Virus record (IMG/VR): IMGVR_UViG_3300037279_000070 | Coordinates: 1 to 36,135 of that record | From: a virus | Taxonomy: Duplodnaviria; Caudoviricetes | Length of the DNA stretch: 36,135 nt | Strand: one strand, 5' to 3' | Shown here: one piece after another, positions 8,601-18,351 of the stretch | How the letters are laid out: each line of letters begins with the position of its first letter | Numbering within the stretch: position 1 is the stretch's first letter | Translations under genes and position numbers: made by a program | The notes under the pieces: generated by a model | What the model saw: the letters and a program-made list of their open reading frames with translations, nothing else | The model's database searches: none | What the model was told of the DNA's origin: nothing

Positions 8601-11600
8601 TGATGATGACAAGGCGATTGTTTTCGATATGGAGAAGACGCCTAAAATAATAAATGGTGTCCCTCAATATGAAAGAATGATTGTAGATAGGAGTATGTTA
8701 TCTACAGAAAAGATTCCGCCGGTAGAAGAAGAAAAATCAACGGAAGGAACAACAGAAATCAAGGAACTTCCAAAAGACGATAAAGGAAACATTTCGTGGA
8801 ATGAAATGACTCCTGAAGAAATACTCCGGACTTTGCGTTCACAAATGGATGATGAGAATGTAATAGGTTCAATAGATGAGACGATAGACAAGGCCACTAA
8901 AGAACTTGATAAGGTTTCTAAAAAGAAAATAACAGGTGATGTTGACACAAGGATGAAAAATATTGAAGAGAAAAACAGCAAGATGAGTTCTCTTCAAAAG
9001 AGAATAGATCACTTTAATAAGGTAAAGGAATTAACAACTAAAACTAACGAAAATGCCACTAAAAACGGGAAAATCGAACAAGACAGTATCGAAAAACATC
9101 AAAACGGAAATGGAATCGTACAAGAAAACGGGGAAACTGGGAACGTCGCACCCGAAAACAGCCAAGAAAGCACAGAAACAGGCGATAGCAATAGCGTACA
9201 GAAAGGCGGAGAGAAAATAAATACGAATATTGACGTACCAGATAATACTCCACTTGAAGACGTTCCTTTTCAAATTATCAGTGAAGAAGAAGGCAACAAA
9301 GAGAAAACCAATGAGCAAGTAGAAAAGATAGATCAGGAAAAGGCAATGGGAAATCCCACTAAGTATGATCAACCATTCAAGACTAATGACGAAAAAAACT
9401 ATGACACATTGGTCGGAATCCTACATAGGCATTTCCCTAAAAATAACACAGCTACAGCGGAAGAGTTTAAGGCAGCAGTCGATAAGATGTTGACAAGTCC
9501 ACGTGTATTAATCTTAAAGGAGATGCAGTCTATAAAAGACAACGCTGTCAAAGATGGCACTTTTATGAAAGCTCCAAATGGGAATGATACGAAGTTAACC
9601 GAAACACAATGGTTGCAAGTACGTACCGATAACTTTAAGAACTGGTTTGGGGACTGGTTAACCGATCCTGAACATGCCTCTAAGGTGGTGGATGAGAATG
9701 GTGAGCCGTTGGTAGTTTATCATGGAAGTCCAAATAAATTTAATGTATTCAATCTTGATAAAATTGGGTCACAAGGGACGACTGAAGGGCAAGGATTTTA
9801 CTTCACTCCAGACAGATCAATTAGTGATGGATATTCAGAAAGACGAGGAGAAGGAGAGGGTTCTCTATTCTCACTTTACTTAAACATTAGAAATCCATAT
9901 TCCAATGAGGTTAAAACATTTACAAAGTCAAATATAAAAAAAATATTATTAGAATTATACTCGCATGATAAGGAGGCGTTATCTAATTTTGGAGATGTTG
10001 GCTATGAAGGGTTTAACAAAATTCTAAATGATGCAGTAAATCTAATGAATGAGGACGAATCAGATACTTCTATTATTGGAGGACTGATTAACGGAGGGGT
10101 TGCAAGTGTTGAGGATGTATTAAAAGCGGTTAAGAAGGTAACAAAAAAAGATGGAGTTATTACCTCTTGGAAAAGTGATGAAAAGGAAACGCCAATTTAC
10201 ATAACAATTGATCCTACTGACATAAAGTCAACCATAGACAATAATGGGGAGTTTGATGCTAACAATCCTGACATAAGGATGCAGATTATCGGCGAACAAG
10301 GTGCAAAAAATCTTGATAAATTTGACAAAGGGACACGATTAGAGAGCTTAAGAGCGGCAAAAGCTATGGAAGGAACTCCAATAGAGATCAAGGCCGCCAC
10401 GGGATGGGAAAAAGGCAGTGATGGACTTTGGAGATACGAGACACCGGACTTAAAACTGAACGATGAGATTCAAAAGGCAATAGATAACGATCCAAAAGGC
10501 GGTTTCGCAACTTGGGAGGCTAAATATAGAGAGAAACATGATGGCAAATCACCTATTATAAAAGACATTATAGGGAAAGACGATCCTTTGTTAAAGGCAT
10601 TTCCTGAACTTGGCGATCATTGGGCAAGCACTTATCCCGCTTCTCAAATGGATGGCGCAACCGGCTATTTGAATAGTCACGGTAATGTAATCATGAGTAG
10701 TGATCTAACAAAAGGCGATAGTCAAGATGTCAGAAGGGTTCTAATACATGAACTTCAACATTACATTCAACACAAAGAAGGGTTTTCAACTGGAACTAAC
10801 TTAGATAACGAAGTCGAAAGAGGAGGGTTGTCGAAAGAGAAAATGATGCTCTTACAAGGTGCTTATATGGCTCCCGAAAAGGACAAAAAAGAAATCATCG
10901 ACGGGTTAGGTAACTTGGTCGATATGGAAGCGATAAGTCCCGAAGAAGCAAAAGATATTAAAACTATAATCGAAAAGGGAGATGACGCTATAAAAAAAGA
11001 ACTTGATACCCCTTTCCAAAGATACAAACGATCAGCTGGTGAGGTGGAGGCTCGTAACGCTTCTGAAAAGAGAGCTAACATGACTCCCGAAGAAAAGAGA
11101 CATAGATTAATTGATGAGACATCCGACGTAGCACCAGAAGATCAGATACACACAAGGGATGAGTATTTGAACAGTGAGTCACGGAATGTTTCTCCAACTG
11201 GATTTTATTCACCTACAGAGGAAGCTCTTGGAAGGATTCAACAAGAAAAAGGGACAAAGGAACAGTTCAAACAAATGCTTCTTAAAAATGGAGCAAAACA
11301 AGCCGAACTTGATTGGATGGGATTTGATCAGTTACCTGACAAGTTGACAAAATCTGATATTCAGAAATGGATTAATGAAAATAAGATTGATGTTAAAGAT
11401 GTTGAATTAGATTCTAATAATGGAGCTATTACCGATGAATTAAATGATGATGCCGAAGAAGAATTAGATAGATTAGATACAATTCAAAAAAGGTGGGATA
11501 GTATAGAATCTGCATTAGCAAATGATTACGAATTGTCAGAAAAAGATCAAGAGCGATTAGATAAATATATAGAAGAGTTTGATGATATAGATGGCGTATC

Positions 11601-14600
11601 TCAGGCAATATATAATTTACAGGATGAATCAAATAATTATAAGGTAGATGAGACTGGAGATACCAAATTCTCTCAATACACTTTACCCGGTGGAGAAAAA
11701 TACAAAGAATTGTTGTTGACGATGCCGGAAAAAAAAGGAGACACTTTCAAATCTTCTCACTTTGACGAACCCAATATACTTGCACACGTACGTTTTGACG
11801 AAAGAACGGTAAACGGTGAAAAGGTATTGTTTATTGAAGAATTTCAAAGCGATTGGGCACAGAAAGGAAAGAAAGAAGGGTTTAAAGTAAAAACTACCGA
11901 ATTGCCAATAGGAACTACTATTGATAAAAATGAATTTGGTTTATTCAATATAAACGTTGGTGGCATAACAAAATATGAAGATTTTAAAAGCGAAAAAGAA
12001 GCAAAAGATTTTGTTTTGAATGCGATTAATAAAGTCAACACTAACGTTCCCGATATGCCATTCAAGAAAACCGACCAATGGGTTAATCTTGCCTTTAGAC
12101 GTATGATGCGTTATGCAGCAGAGAATGGATTTGATAGGATAGCATGGACGAATGGAGAACAACAGGCAGACAGGTATAATTTGAGTAAACAAGTTGATGA
12201 AATACTTTATTCCAAAAACGAAGATGGTACTTATGCCATTTCTGCTATTCAACAGAGGATAGGTAAGATGTTAGGTGAAAGTATTCCGGAGAATAAAATA
12301 GAGGATTATGTAGGGAAAGAGGTTGCAAAAAAAATAATATCTGGAGAAGGTAATGATACTGAAACGCAAGGTAAATACAAAACCATGAAATCACTTTCAG
12401 GCAATGGTTTGAAAGTTGGTGGTGAAGGAATGAAAGGTTTTTATGATCAGATAGTACCAAAGGTAGCTAAAGACTTAGGGAAACCATTTGATGCAAAAGT
12501 AGAAACAATCAATATCCCAGAAACAGGGGAACAACAATCTCTACCTGTGACTGATAAAATGAAAGAATCGGTTAAACAAGGTGTCCCATTGTTTGCCCGC
12601 ACACCAGATGGTACGATTTATGGATTCGTGAAAGATGGAACGATCTATCTTAACCCTGCAAAGATGAATGCAAATACTCCTATTCACGAGTATGGACATT
12701 TATGGTTGATACATATCGAAAAGACCGATCCAGCTTTACATGCAAGGGGAGTAGAGCTAATTAAAGATAGTCCGTATTACACACAAGTAAAGAATGATAG
12801 AAACTATCAAGGCTTAGATGAGACGGGGATAGTCGATGAAGCTTTGGCTCGTGCAATAGGCGATAAAGGAGAACAGATAGTCAATAATTTAGGTTTAAAA
12901 GACAAACTAAAGGCTTGGATTAGTGATTTTTGGAAAGCAATAAGTTCAAAATTTGGAATCAAATTAACACCTGATCAATTACAGGACTTAACTTTGGATC
13001 AGTTTACGGACTATGCAAACGCCAATTTATTAGGTGATGATGTAATATCAGAAAATAAAGTTGAGACAGATAACAAGATGCAGATAGATGACTTGGATAA
13101 TCCAGATGAGACATATACCAAAGATATAGATAAATTAATTGAACAAAGAGCAAAGGAAAGCGAACGACTTGCAAGAATACTTTCATCAGAACCTCAACGA
13201 CCAATCTTAAATAGGGAGATGGGAGAGGATGCTTTGTCTTATGCAAAACGCGTCCAAGATGCAGAAAAAACATTCAATAAAGAACATGCGATTTGGAATA
13301 AAAGTAGAGACGAACTTTCAAAGAATGCAGAGAAATTAGCAAAGAAATTTGGATCCTCATTTCCTCGTCAAGATACTGGTGAGTCAAATGAAGACTTCAG
13401 GAAAAGACTTAAAAAATATCTTGATGAAGTTCCTAAAGAAGGTATAAATCAAGAAGGAGGATTATCTATAGAAAATGGAAAGACTCTTTTAAAATCAATA
13501 AATACTCTTTTCAATAATGGCGACGAAGAGACGAAGGCCGTAATAAGGGAATTTTCCGGAGACTTTAATAGAAGAATGGAGACAGCTACCTTTAATCTAA
13601 AGAAAGCTTTTAGGGCTTTTGCAAAGATGTCAAGAGGTGATATGTTGAAGTTTATCGACAACATGGAGCATGGGAAGAAGCAAGACACCGATATTTTACA
13701 AGTGTACAGTGATCAACTAAGGGCTACCTTGGATAAAGCTCGTGAGGCAGTGAGAGGTTTAGGAATAGGTAAACTTGAAGAATTTATTGAGTATTATTTT
13801 CCTCATAGGTACAAGGGAAAAAAGACTGACTTTTTGAAACATAGAAATTATGAATACTTAAAGGATGCGATTAATGCAGGATTAGAGCCACAAGATTATA
13901 ATCCTGTAGTATCAACCCTTAAACATGTCAGGGATATGTATAGATTTGTCTTTGCCCATAAAGCGATGACAGACTTAGTCAGTACAGGAACGGTTGTGTT
14001 CGTTCGTGCCGGAGAGAGTGCACCAGAATTAAAAGATGGGCACTTTGTAGAACTACCAAGAGCATTAAGTACGATTTACAGCGTGCATAAAGTAGAAAAA
14101 GGAAGGTATTACGCATTGCCGGAAGTTGCGAAGATATTTGAGAGATACCAAAGTAGAGGATGGGAAGATAATAGTCTATATAGACTTGCAAGGGGAATTA
14201 ATAACATAGGAAATCAGTTACAGCTTGGGTTGTCAGCTTTTCACGTTGGATTCACCTCGTTAGATACGATAGTATCAAGAAATGCCTTAGCTTTAGAATA
14301 CTTACTTCATGGCAAGATAGGAAGAGGATTATGGGAGATGTTCCCTTTGAACTCTTTAATTACGCCGGCTACTAACTACTATAGGGGAAAGCAACTTCAA
14401 AATGTATTCATAGGTAAGACTATGGCCGACAATTATAAGATGGTGGTAGCGGCTACAGGGCTTCAAATGGCGAATGGGCGTGCTCACATGGACGCCATAT
14501 ATGGGGATCAGATGTGGAACAAAATGATGGAAAATCTTCACAGCAAAACAGTAGGTGGAGTTTTAACTAGTATTCCGCAAGGACTAATAGCGGTACTTGA

Positions 14601-15891
14601 GGCACCGGGAAAATTTATTATGGAGAATATCGTTCCACGTCAAAAACTTGGTGTTTTTTATGATATGATGATGTATGAGTTAAGGGTGCATCCAAATATG
14701 GACGTGCCACAATTCAGGGAAGCAGCTCAAAGGGCATGGGACAGTGTAGATAATAGATTAGGTCAGTTGACTTATGATAATCTGTTTTGGAATGAATCCG
14801 TAAAAGATGCTTTGATGTTGACTTTTAGATCAGTTGGGTGGAATCTTGGAACTATCCGTGAGATAGGGGGAGCCGTACTGGAATTACTTCATACTGTATC
14901 TCATAGACCAAAAAATGATATAGAAACGCATAAGGCGGCTTATGTTGCCTCTTTGATGTTTACGACAGCCATGATGTCATCTATTTATCAATATTTGGCT
15001 ACTAAAAAAGCACCTTCATCGGCACTTGACTTAGTAGCTCCGCAAAATGGCGGAGTGGATAATTTTGGAAACCCAACACGGTCAATGCTTCCAAGTTATA
15101 TGGGCCAAATATTTTCAGCACACTACTACGGTTTAAATGAGGTAGCTAATAAATTCTCTCCCCTACTTACTGGGATAATTGAAAACATAGAAAACAAAGA
15201 TTTTTATGGAGCAGAGATAAGAAGGTCAGACATGGAGCTTAGAGATATAAAAGGTGTAATTAAATATGCTGCACAACTTGGATGGGATGAGTTGAAATAT
15301 GTTTTAAAAGATGTAATCCCTCTTTCCATAAAGAATTTACAACAACAACAAGTTTCGCCTATGGCTCAAAAGATAGCTGTCATGTTTGGGATTAAGTCGG
15401 CTATTACTCCTTTGAATAGGACAGCGGCAGAAAATGAACTGTTAGCCTTATATGGTGAGATGGCGCCACAAGCACCTAAAACACAAGACAAAATAGATAC
15501 GAACGACTTACTTTATCAATTAAGGGGTCAATATCTTAATTCAGATGTACAGGGGAAAGAGAAGATCAGGGAACAAGCTATCCAAGCATTAAAAGACAAA
15601 ACTATTTCTCCGATAGAATATAAAAGAATCATAGCCCCTATAAATGAAAATCCATTAGGTCAGTTATTAATGTCTTATAAGATTACAGGGGATCAGGCAT
15701 ATGAAAACTTTATCGGTTATCAGACAAAAGAGGAAAGATCAAAAACTTATCAGATAGTGATTAACAAACTAAAGAAAGAGTTCGTAAAATCATCTCTTGA
15801 TAAAAGGAAGAATATAAATATATATTTAGGTAACATCTATAACATATTAAAAGATGAAGGTATCAAAACACAACAACAGGCTGCTAATTGA
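5695..15891 (+). CDS. Large polyvalent (internal virion) protein: ART-like domain, LPD23-like region, two HExxH zincin domains, C-terminal helical region
   Basis: FKNWFGDW..SKVVDENGEPLVVYHG..GFYFT..YLNIRNP (PolyVal ART-like); TGWEKGSDGLWRYE; LIHELQHYIQ..EGF..GEVEARN; SHFDEPNILAHVRF..LFIEEFQSDW; IYLNP..TPIHEYGHLW. Confidence 0.85.
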   Translation: MPIVDVNGQKGFVPDANLDGFLKDYPDANIHYAINGQTWAVPAKNTKKLLQKFPDAAPLTGGIETPKDLAIPHDQVGFQGSLTAPDLNPEQGYHPINKTGTPSVVPMPIPSSISDQPIFNQPQEPALKVAPYQNENLKGAESKALVNTAYNNLNSSISKTGEQAYNASGFNKNTHLGSPMSEDAGSLTNAILGIQAYNKSIDPATFIPQKIDELQPYIQNEALQELQNDPNYLNLKNTGQLTPDLQQKLVSDKLAQKTQQAYDTILQKGYIQPNMPTSWADDIIKGAVNQSMIGMGYNLATNVESGSLLAAKQQALKDYNPNIVESALSMAGGFILDSPFFAVGGEVTSAATDAIANQVLKQSTKGLLENGVLGVNPESLARLLSPAEKGIIKGSEYAGQGLTMANYNQAKSDLGQLLDINEGVKSIGDFKPFDVKKYFEDFGMFSMLGFAGGAVYGAAQKAKEAIGGLAGNLTARAIQVGDVAAQSASFTAVSALENPNTHFNAFKDFESNFLMFATMGAQHLIGGVEGVRKPRPENAAQKKMYDFMDNNLKGNNDILNSINFTQEEQNALSPLSKATDLKSAIIDLSNQSVKDKDLAKKVDDLLTNKDVPFSLKSKLYYAISGDMLSIPTIGTHAVIPDNDMYTVEARDRAGNLIEKKPNLSLEDATNIDRDYDEMKKDQDGFMLERSLGNTDAVTNIMKDVAKKEEIPIDDISKIFAKEPKDRTDKERQITQSYISELLKNVKPSKNNILLSDYDNITNAQRKSIVDNYDKSLHNFDDTFGKDAEQMKGQVDSGNYEDYWMTKGQKDAVNKYVKTKKDYDGFLNHVKNNLDKTIEKLHKSIDLLTNKDTGHVTEVKFNGQNYTVSDGKLAISVDENVVKEIDNKNSSDIIALRDVNGNIISASIKDSNLELQSDTDAKELKQSVVDQARNKAVEDIKSSIDYNKGEQLFYTKDGKTTNVTFDQAHPDDDKAIVFDMEKTPKIINGVPQYERMIVDRSMLSTEKIPPVEEEKSTEGTTEIKELPKDDKGNISWNEMTPEEILRTLRSQMDDENVIGSIDETIDKATKELDKVSKKKITGDVDTRMKNIEEKNSKMSSLQKRIDHFNKVKELTTKTNENATKNGKIEQDSIEKHQNGNGIVQENGETGNVAPENSQESTETGDSNSVQKGGEKINTNIDVPDNTPLEDVPFQIISEEEGNKEKTNEQVEKIDQEKAMGNPTKYDQPFKTNDEKNYDTLVGILHRHFPKNNTATAEEFKAAVDKMLTSPRVLILKEMQSIKDNAVKDGTFMKAPNGNDTKLTETQWLQVRTDNFKNWFGDWLTDPEHASKVVDENGEPLVVYHGSPNKFNVFNLDKIGSQGTTEGQGFYFTPDRSISDGYSERRGEGEGSLFSLYLNIRNPYSNEVKTFTKSNIKKILLELYSHDKEALSNFGDVGYEGFNKILNDAVNLMNEDESDTSIIGGLINGGVASVEDVLKAVKKVTKKDGVITSWKSDEKETPIYITIDPTDIKSTIDNNGEFDANNPDIRMQIIGEQGAKNLDKFDKGTRLESLRAAKAMEGTPIEIKAATGWEKGSDGLWRYETPDLKLNDEIQKAIDNDPKGGFATWEAKYREKHDGKSPIIKDIIGKDDPLLKAFPELGDHWASTYPASQMDGATGYLNSHGNVIMSSDLTKGDSQDVRRVLIHELQHYIQHKEGFSTGTNLDNEVERGGLSKEKMMLLQGAYMAPEKDKKEIIDGLGNLVDMEAISPEEAKDIKTIIEKGDDAIKKELDTPFQRYKRSAGEVEARNASEKRANMTPEEKRHRLIDETSDVAPEDQIHTRDEYLNSESRNVSPTGFYSPTEEALGRIQQEKGTKEQFKQMLLKNGAKQAELDWMGFDQLPDKLTKSDIQKWINENKIDVKDVELDSNNGAITDELNDDAEEELDRLDTIQKRWDSIESALANDYELSEKDQERLDKYIEEFDDIDGVSQAIYNLQDESNNYKVDETGDTKFSQYTLPGGEKYKELLLTMPEKKGDTFKSSHFDEPNILAHVRFDERTVNGEKVLFIEEFQSDWAQKGKKEGFKVKTTELPIGTTIDKNEFGLFNINVGGITKYEDFKSEKEAKDFVLNAINKVNTNVPDMPFKKTDQWVNLAFRRMMRYAAENGFDRIAWTNGEQQADRYNLSKQVDEILYSKNEDGTYAISAIQQRIGKMLGESIPENKIEDYVGKEVAKKIISGEGNDTETQGKYKTMKSLSGNGLKVGGEGMKGFYDQIVPKVAKDLGKPFDAKVETINIPETGEQQSLPVTDKMKESVKQGVPLFARTPDGTIYGFVKDGTIYLNPAKMNANTPIHEYGHLWLIHIEKTDPALHARGVELIKDSPYYTQVKNDRNYQGLDETGIVDEALARAIGDKGEQIVNNLGLKDKLKAWISDFWKAISSKFGIKLTPDQLQDLTLDQFTDYANANLLGDDVISENKVETDNKMQIDDLDNPDETYTKDIDKLIEQRAKESERLARILSSEPQRPILNREMGEDALSYAKRVQDAEKTFNKEHAIWNKSRDELSKNAEKLAKKFGSSFPRQDTGESNEDFRKRLKKYLDEVPKEGINQEGGLSIENGKTLLKSINTLFNNGDEETKAVIREFSGDFNRRMETATFNLKKAFRAFAKMSRGDMLKFIDNMEHGKKQDTDILQVYSDQLRATLDKAREAVRGLGIGKLEEFIEYYFPHRYKGKKTDFLKHRNYEYLKDAINAGLEPQDYNPVVSTLKHVRDMYRFVFAHKAMTDLVSTGTVVFVRAGESAPELKDGHFVELPRALSTIYSVHKVEKGRYYALPEVAKIFERYQSRGWEDNSLYRLARGINNIGNQLQLGLSAFHVGFTSLDTIVSRNALALEYLLHGKIGRGLWEMFPLNSLITPATNYYRGKQLQNVFIGKTMADNYKMVVAATGLQMANGRAHMDAIYGDQMWNKMMENLHSKTVGGVLTSIPQGLIAVLEAPGKFIMENIVPRQKLGVFYDMMMYELRVHPNMDVPQFREAAQRAWDSVDNRLGQLTYDNLFWNESVKDALMLTFRSVGWNLGTIREIGGAVLELLHTVSHRPKNDIETHKAAYVASLMFTTAMMSSIYQYLATKKAPSSALDLVAPQNGGVDNFGNPTRSMLPSYMGQIFSAHYYGLNEVANKFSPLLTGIIENIENKDFYGAEIRRSDMELRDIKGVIKYAAQLGWDELKYVLKDVIPLSIKNLQQQQVSPMAQKIAVMFGIKSAITPLNRTAAENELLALYGEMAPQAPKTQDKIDTNDLLYQLRGQYLNSDVQGKEKIREQAIQALKDKTISPIEYKRIIAPINENPLGQLLMSYKITGDQAYENFIGYQTKEERSKTYQIVINKLKKEFVKSSLDKRKNINIYLGNIYNILKDEGIKTQQQAAN

Positions 15892-16471
15892 GTTTCCCAC
15901 TAAAAAGGAGATGACATTGACGATGTTTCGTATGTCGGAGTTCTCGGAAGGAAAAGACGGCATCAAGGGAAAGCGATTTTCTTGTGATGAGTTCATAGAC
16001 AAATACTCGGATGAAGAAGGAAATATTGATTACTTTGCTTTTTGGGATGGTTTTAATATTCCTAAGTCCGTTATCTCCAAGTTTCAATCTATCTTTCAAT
16101 GCTCGGAAAGGGAAAGAAAGGTCATTAGAGCCATTAAAGACCTTCCAGAGGATGGATATGTCATTTGTATTATAGAAGGCGACAAAATGGCTCTAAGGCA
16201 TGAGCTATGCCATACTAAGTGGTACGATGACAAGGAGTATCGCGAACATACGTTGTCTATAATTGAAAATATGCAAAAGTCACTCCGTAAAAAGTTAACT
16301 AAGTGTTTACTTGAAGCGGACTACATAGATGACGTGATAGACACGGAGATAGTAGCTTATCTAACAGCCTTTAATGACGAAGACATGAAAGATATATTCC
16401 CGAACATTGACTATAGGGAAATCGAACCTTTTGTAGAACTATTAAACAACCTATATAATGGAAAACCTTAA
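15854..16471 (+). CDS. HExxH zincin-like metallopeptidase (putative)
   Basis: ALRHELCHTKW plus downstream DTEIVAYL as a possible third ligand; overlaps both neighbouring genes. Confidence 0.6.
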   Translation: MKVSKHNNRLLIEFPTKKEMTLTMFRMSEFSEGKDGIKGKRFSCDEFIDKYSDEEGNIDYFAFWDGFNIPKSVISKFQSIFQCSERERKVIRAIKDLPEDGYVICIIEGDKMALRHELCHTKWYDDKEYREHTLSIIENMQKSLRKKLTKCLLEADYIDDVIDTEIVAYLTAFNDEDMKDIFPNIDYREIEPFVELLNNLYNGKP

Positions 16472-17714
16472 AACAAAATCTGCTCTATTTTATGACAATG
16501 GCAACTGGGTATCTATGGCGCAAAGACTTGCTAAGGACTTCGGACAAGTCCAGTACTTTAATACGTGGAAAGATGCTTTCCCTCAAGTTAAAAGAGTCGC
16601 AGTAGGTGAAGGAGTGCCCGGAATCAAGAAGGTGTATAACTTTTTTGATGCTCTTAAGGAGAATGACATAATCATCTTTCCGGATATATTAGATGGTGAT
16701 CTTCAGGAACATTTAAGGGGATTAGGTTATCCTGTATGGGGTAGCGGAAAAGGCGAACAGATGGAGCTCGACAGAGTAGGTATGTTGGAATGGATGAAAA
16801 GCGAAAAACTCAACGTGCCGGATTATGAAGTAGTCGAGGGAACGGATGCTTTAAGAAAATACATTAAAGAGAATGAGAACATCTGGGTAAAACCCGTTTT
16901 TAGAGGTGACTTTGAAACTTTTAATGCTAAAAACTACCGATATATTGAAACGTATCTTGATGAATTGGAGACTATATTGGGAGTTCTAAAACAACACTCT
17001 ATTTTCTTATGTCAGCACGCTTTAGATGACTGTGTAGAGATAGGATATGATGGGTATACGGTAAACGGAAAGTTCCCGACTAAAACCATGTTCGGGATAG
17101 AGGTTAAAGATATGGGTTATGTAGGGGTAGCCAAAGACTATAAGGATTTACCTCAACCATTAATTGACTTCAATAAAAAGATCAGTCCTATGATGGAGTC
17201 CTTTAATTATCGAGGGGATTACTCCAATGAGATGCGTATTCAAAGAGACGGTAAATGGTTTATGACAGATATGACTTGTAGAAAGCCTTCTCCTCCTGGT
17301 GAGCTATTTCAAAAGATGGTCACCAACTATTCTCAAATTATTTGGGAGGGTGCACATGGGAATCTTATCGACCCTATCATGGAGGATAATTATGGAGTAG
17401 AGGTTATTATGAAAAGTTCATGGGAAGGACAGCATCAGATACCTGTACAATTTAATGAAAAATATGCAGAAAATATACAAGTTAAATCTTGCACTTTTTT
17501 GAATAACCAATATACTTACCTTCCACAAGTTATCGAATTGGAAGAGATAGGCTCTATTGTAGCCACTGGAAAGACATTAGAGGAAGCTATCAATAACTTG
17601 GAAGAGATAAGCGATGAGATGCGATCCTACAGTGTCACAATACCATTAGGGAGCATTGATAAAGCCAAAGAAGAGATTGATAAGTTAACCGAGTTTGGAT
17701 ATGATGTGTTTTAG
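16458..17714 (+). CDS. ATP-grasp ligase, PurD (GAR synthetase)-like fold
   Basis: PVWGSG..EQMELDR, VPDY, IWVKP, EIGYDG, SNEMRI...MTDMTCR.PSPP resemble PurD-type ATP-grasp motifs. Confidence 0.75.
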   Translation: MENLKTKSALFYDNGNWVSMAQRLAKDFGQVQYFNTWKDAFPQVKRVAVGEGVPGIKKVYNFFDALKENDIIIFPDILDGDLQEHLRGLGYPVWGSGKGEQMELDRVGMLEWMKSEKLNVPDYEVVEGTDALRKYIKENENIWVKPVFRGDFETFNAKNYRYIETYLDELETILGVLKQHSIFLCQHALDDCVEIGYDGYTVNGKFPTKTMFGIEVKDMGYVGVAKDYKDLPQPLIDFNKKISPMMESFNYRGDYSNEMRIQRDGKWFMTDMTCRKPSPPGELFQKMVTNYSQIIWEGAHGNLIDPIMEDNYGVEVIMKSSWEGQHQIPVQFNEKYAENIQVKSCTFLNNQYTYLPQVIELEEIGSIVATGKTLEEAINNLEEISDEMRSYSVTIPLGSIDKAKEEIDKLTEFGYDVF

Positions 17715-17796
17715 GGGTGGTGAAATTAGAAATAAAGGCAACAAAAAACCCGATAAACACAAGGCTTATCGGGGTGGTGAAATAGGGTGGTGAAAT
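17715..17796. repeat. Three GGGTGGTGAAAT direct repeats in a convergent intergenic region
   Basis: Copies at 17715-17726, 17772-17783 and 17785-17796. Confidence 0.85.
17743..17773 (-). terminator. Intrinsic terminator for the minus-strand operon
   Basis: CCCGATAA/TTATCGGG stem followed by TTTTTT on minus. Confidence 0.6.
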
Positions 17797-17937
17797 ATAA
17801 TATGTTTTGATGTAGCTTCTATTGATAGGATATTTATTTGACCAGTCAAATATAAATTGATAAAACTACCAGAGGACAAATTGAAATTACCGACATAATA
17901 ATAACCTTCTCTATGTATCATTTTTATGTGATATATT

Positions 17938-18351
17938 TTACCTTAGCGGCAATAATTTCAAAATCGGGTTAGTCAACCTCTGATATTTCAGATATTGCTT
18001 TCTCATCTCCATGCGTTCTGAAAAAGTTATAGATTGCTCACCTGTACGATAAAGAGGTGTACGATAAAACTCCCATTTCTTTGATATTTCATACTGACCC
18101 ATGTTTTTAGGAATGATTTTAAGGTGCTTCATCTTTGCAATGTCCAGGTGAGTGACACACATGACATAATCCTCTCTCCCGCCTTTGAGTCTTGGAGGTT
18201 TAGGAATCACGTAGTATCTTTTATTGTTGATCTTACAAAGAAGGTCGGCCTTTTTTATTGCCATGTTAAGTCGGATGTTCACTATTTTTAAAGTGAACAT
18301 CTCCCTTATCCAGTAGGATATTTCTATCCTTAATCGTTGAAATTCGGTCAT
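17938..18351 (-). CDS. Hypothetical basic phage protein
   Basis: 137-aa ORF, ATGA-coupled to the upstream small ORF. Confidence 0.65.
   Translation of the reverse strand: MTEFQRLRIEISYWIREMFTLKIVNIRLNMAIKKADLLCKINNKRYYVIPKPPRLKGGREDYVMCVTHLDIAKMKHLKIIPKNMGQYEISKKWEFYRTPLYRTGEQSITFSERMEMRKQYLKYQRLTNPILKLLPLR

Noticed and set aside
7197-14541. Many short minus-strand ORFs inside the 3398-aa gene
   Set aside because: Antisense shadows of a long coding frame, with no motifs
16458-17714. Naming the ATP-grasp gene purD
   Set aside because: Only fold-level resemblance; the PurD N-terminal GxGGRE motif is absent
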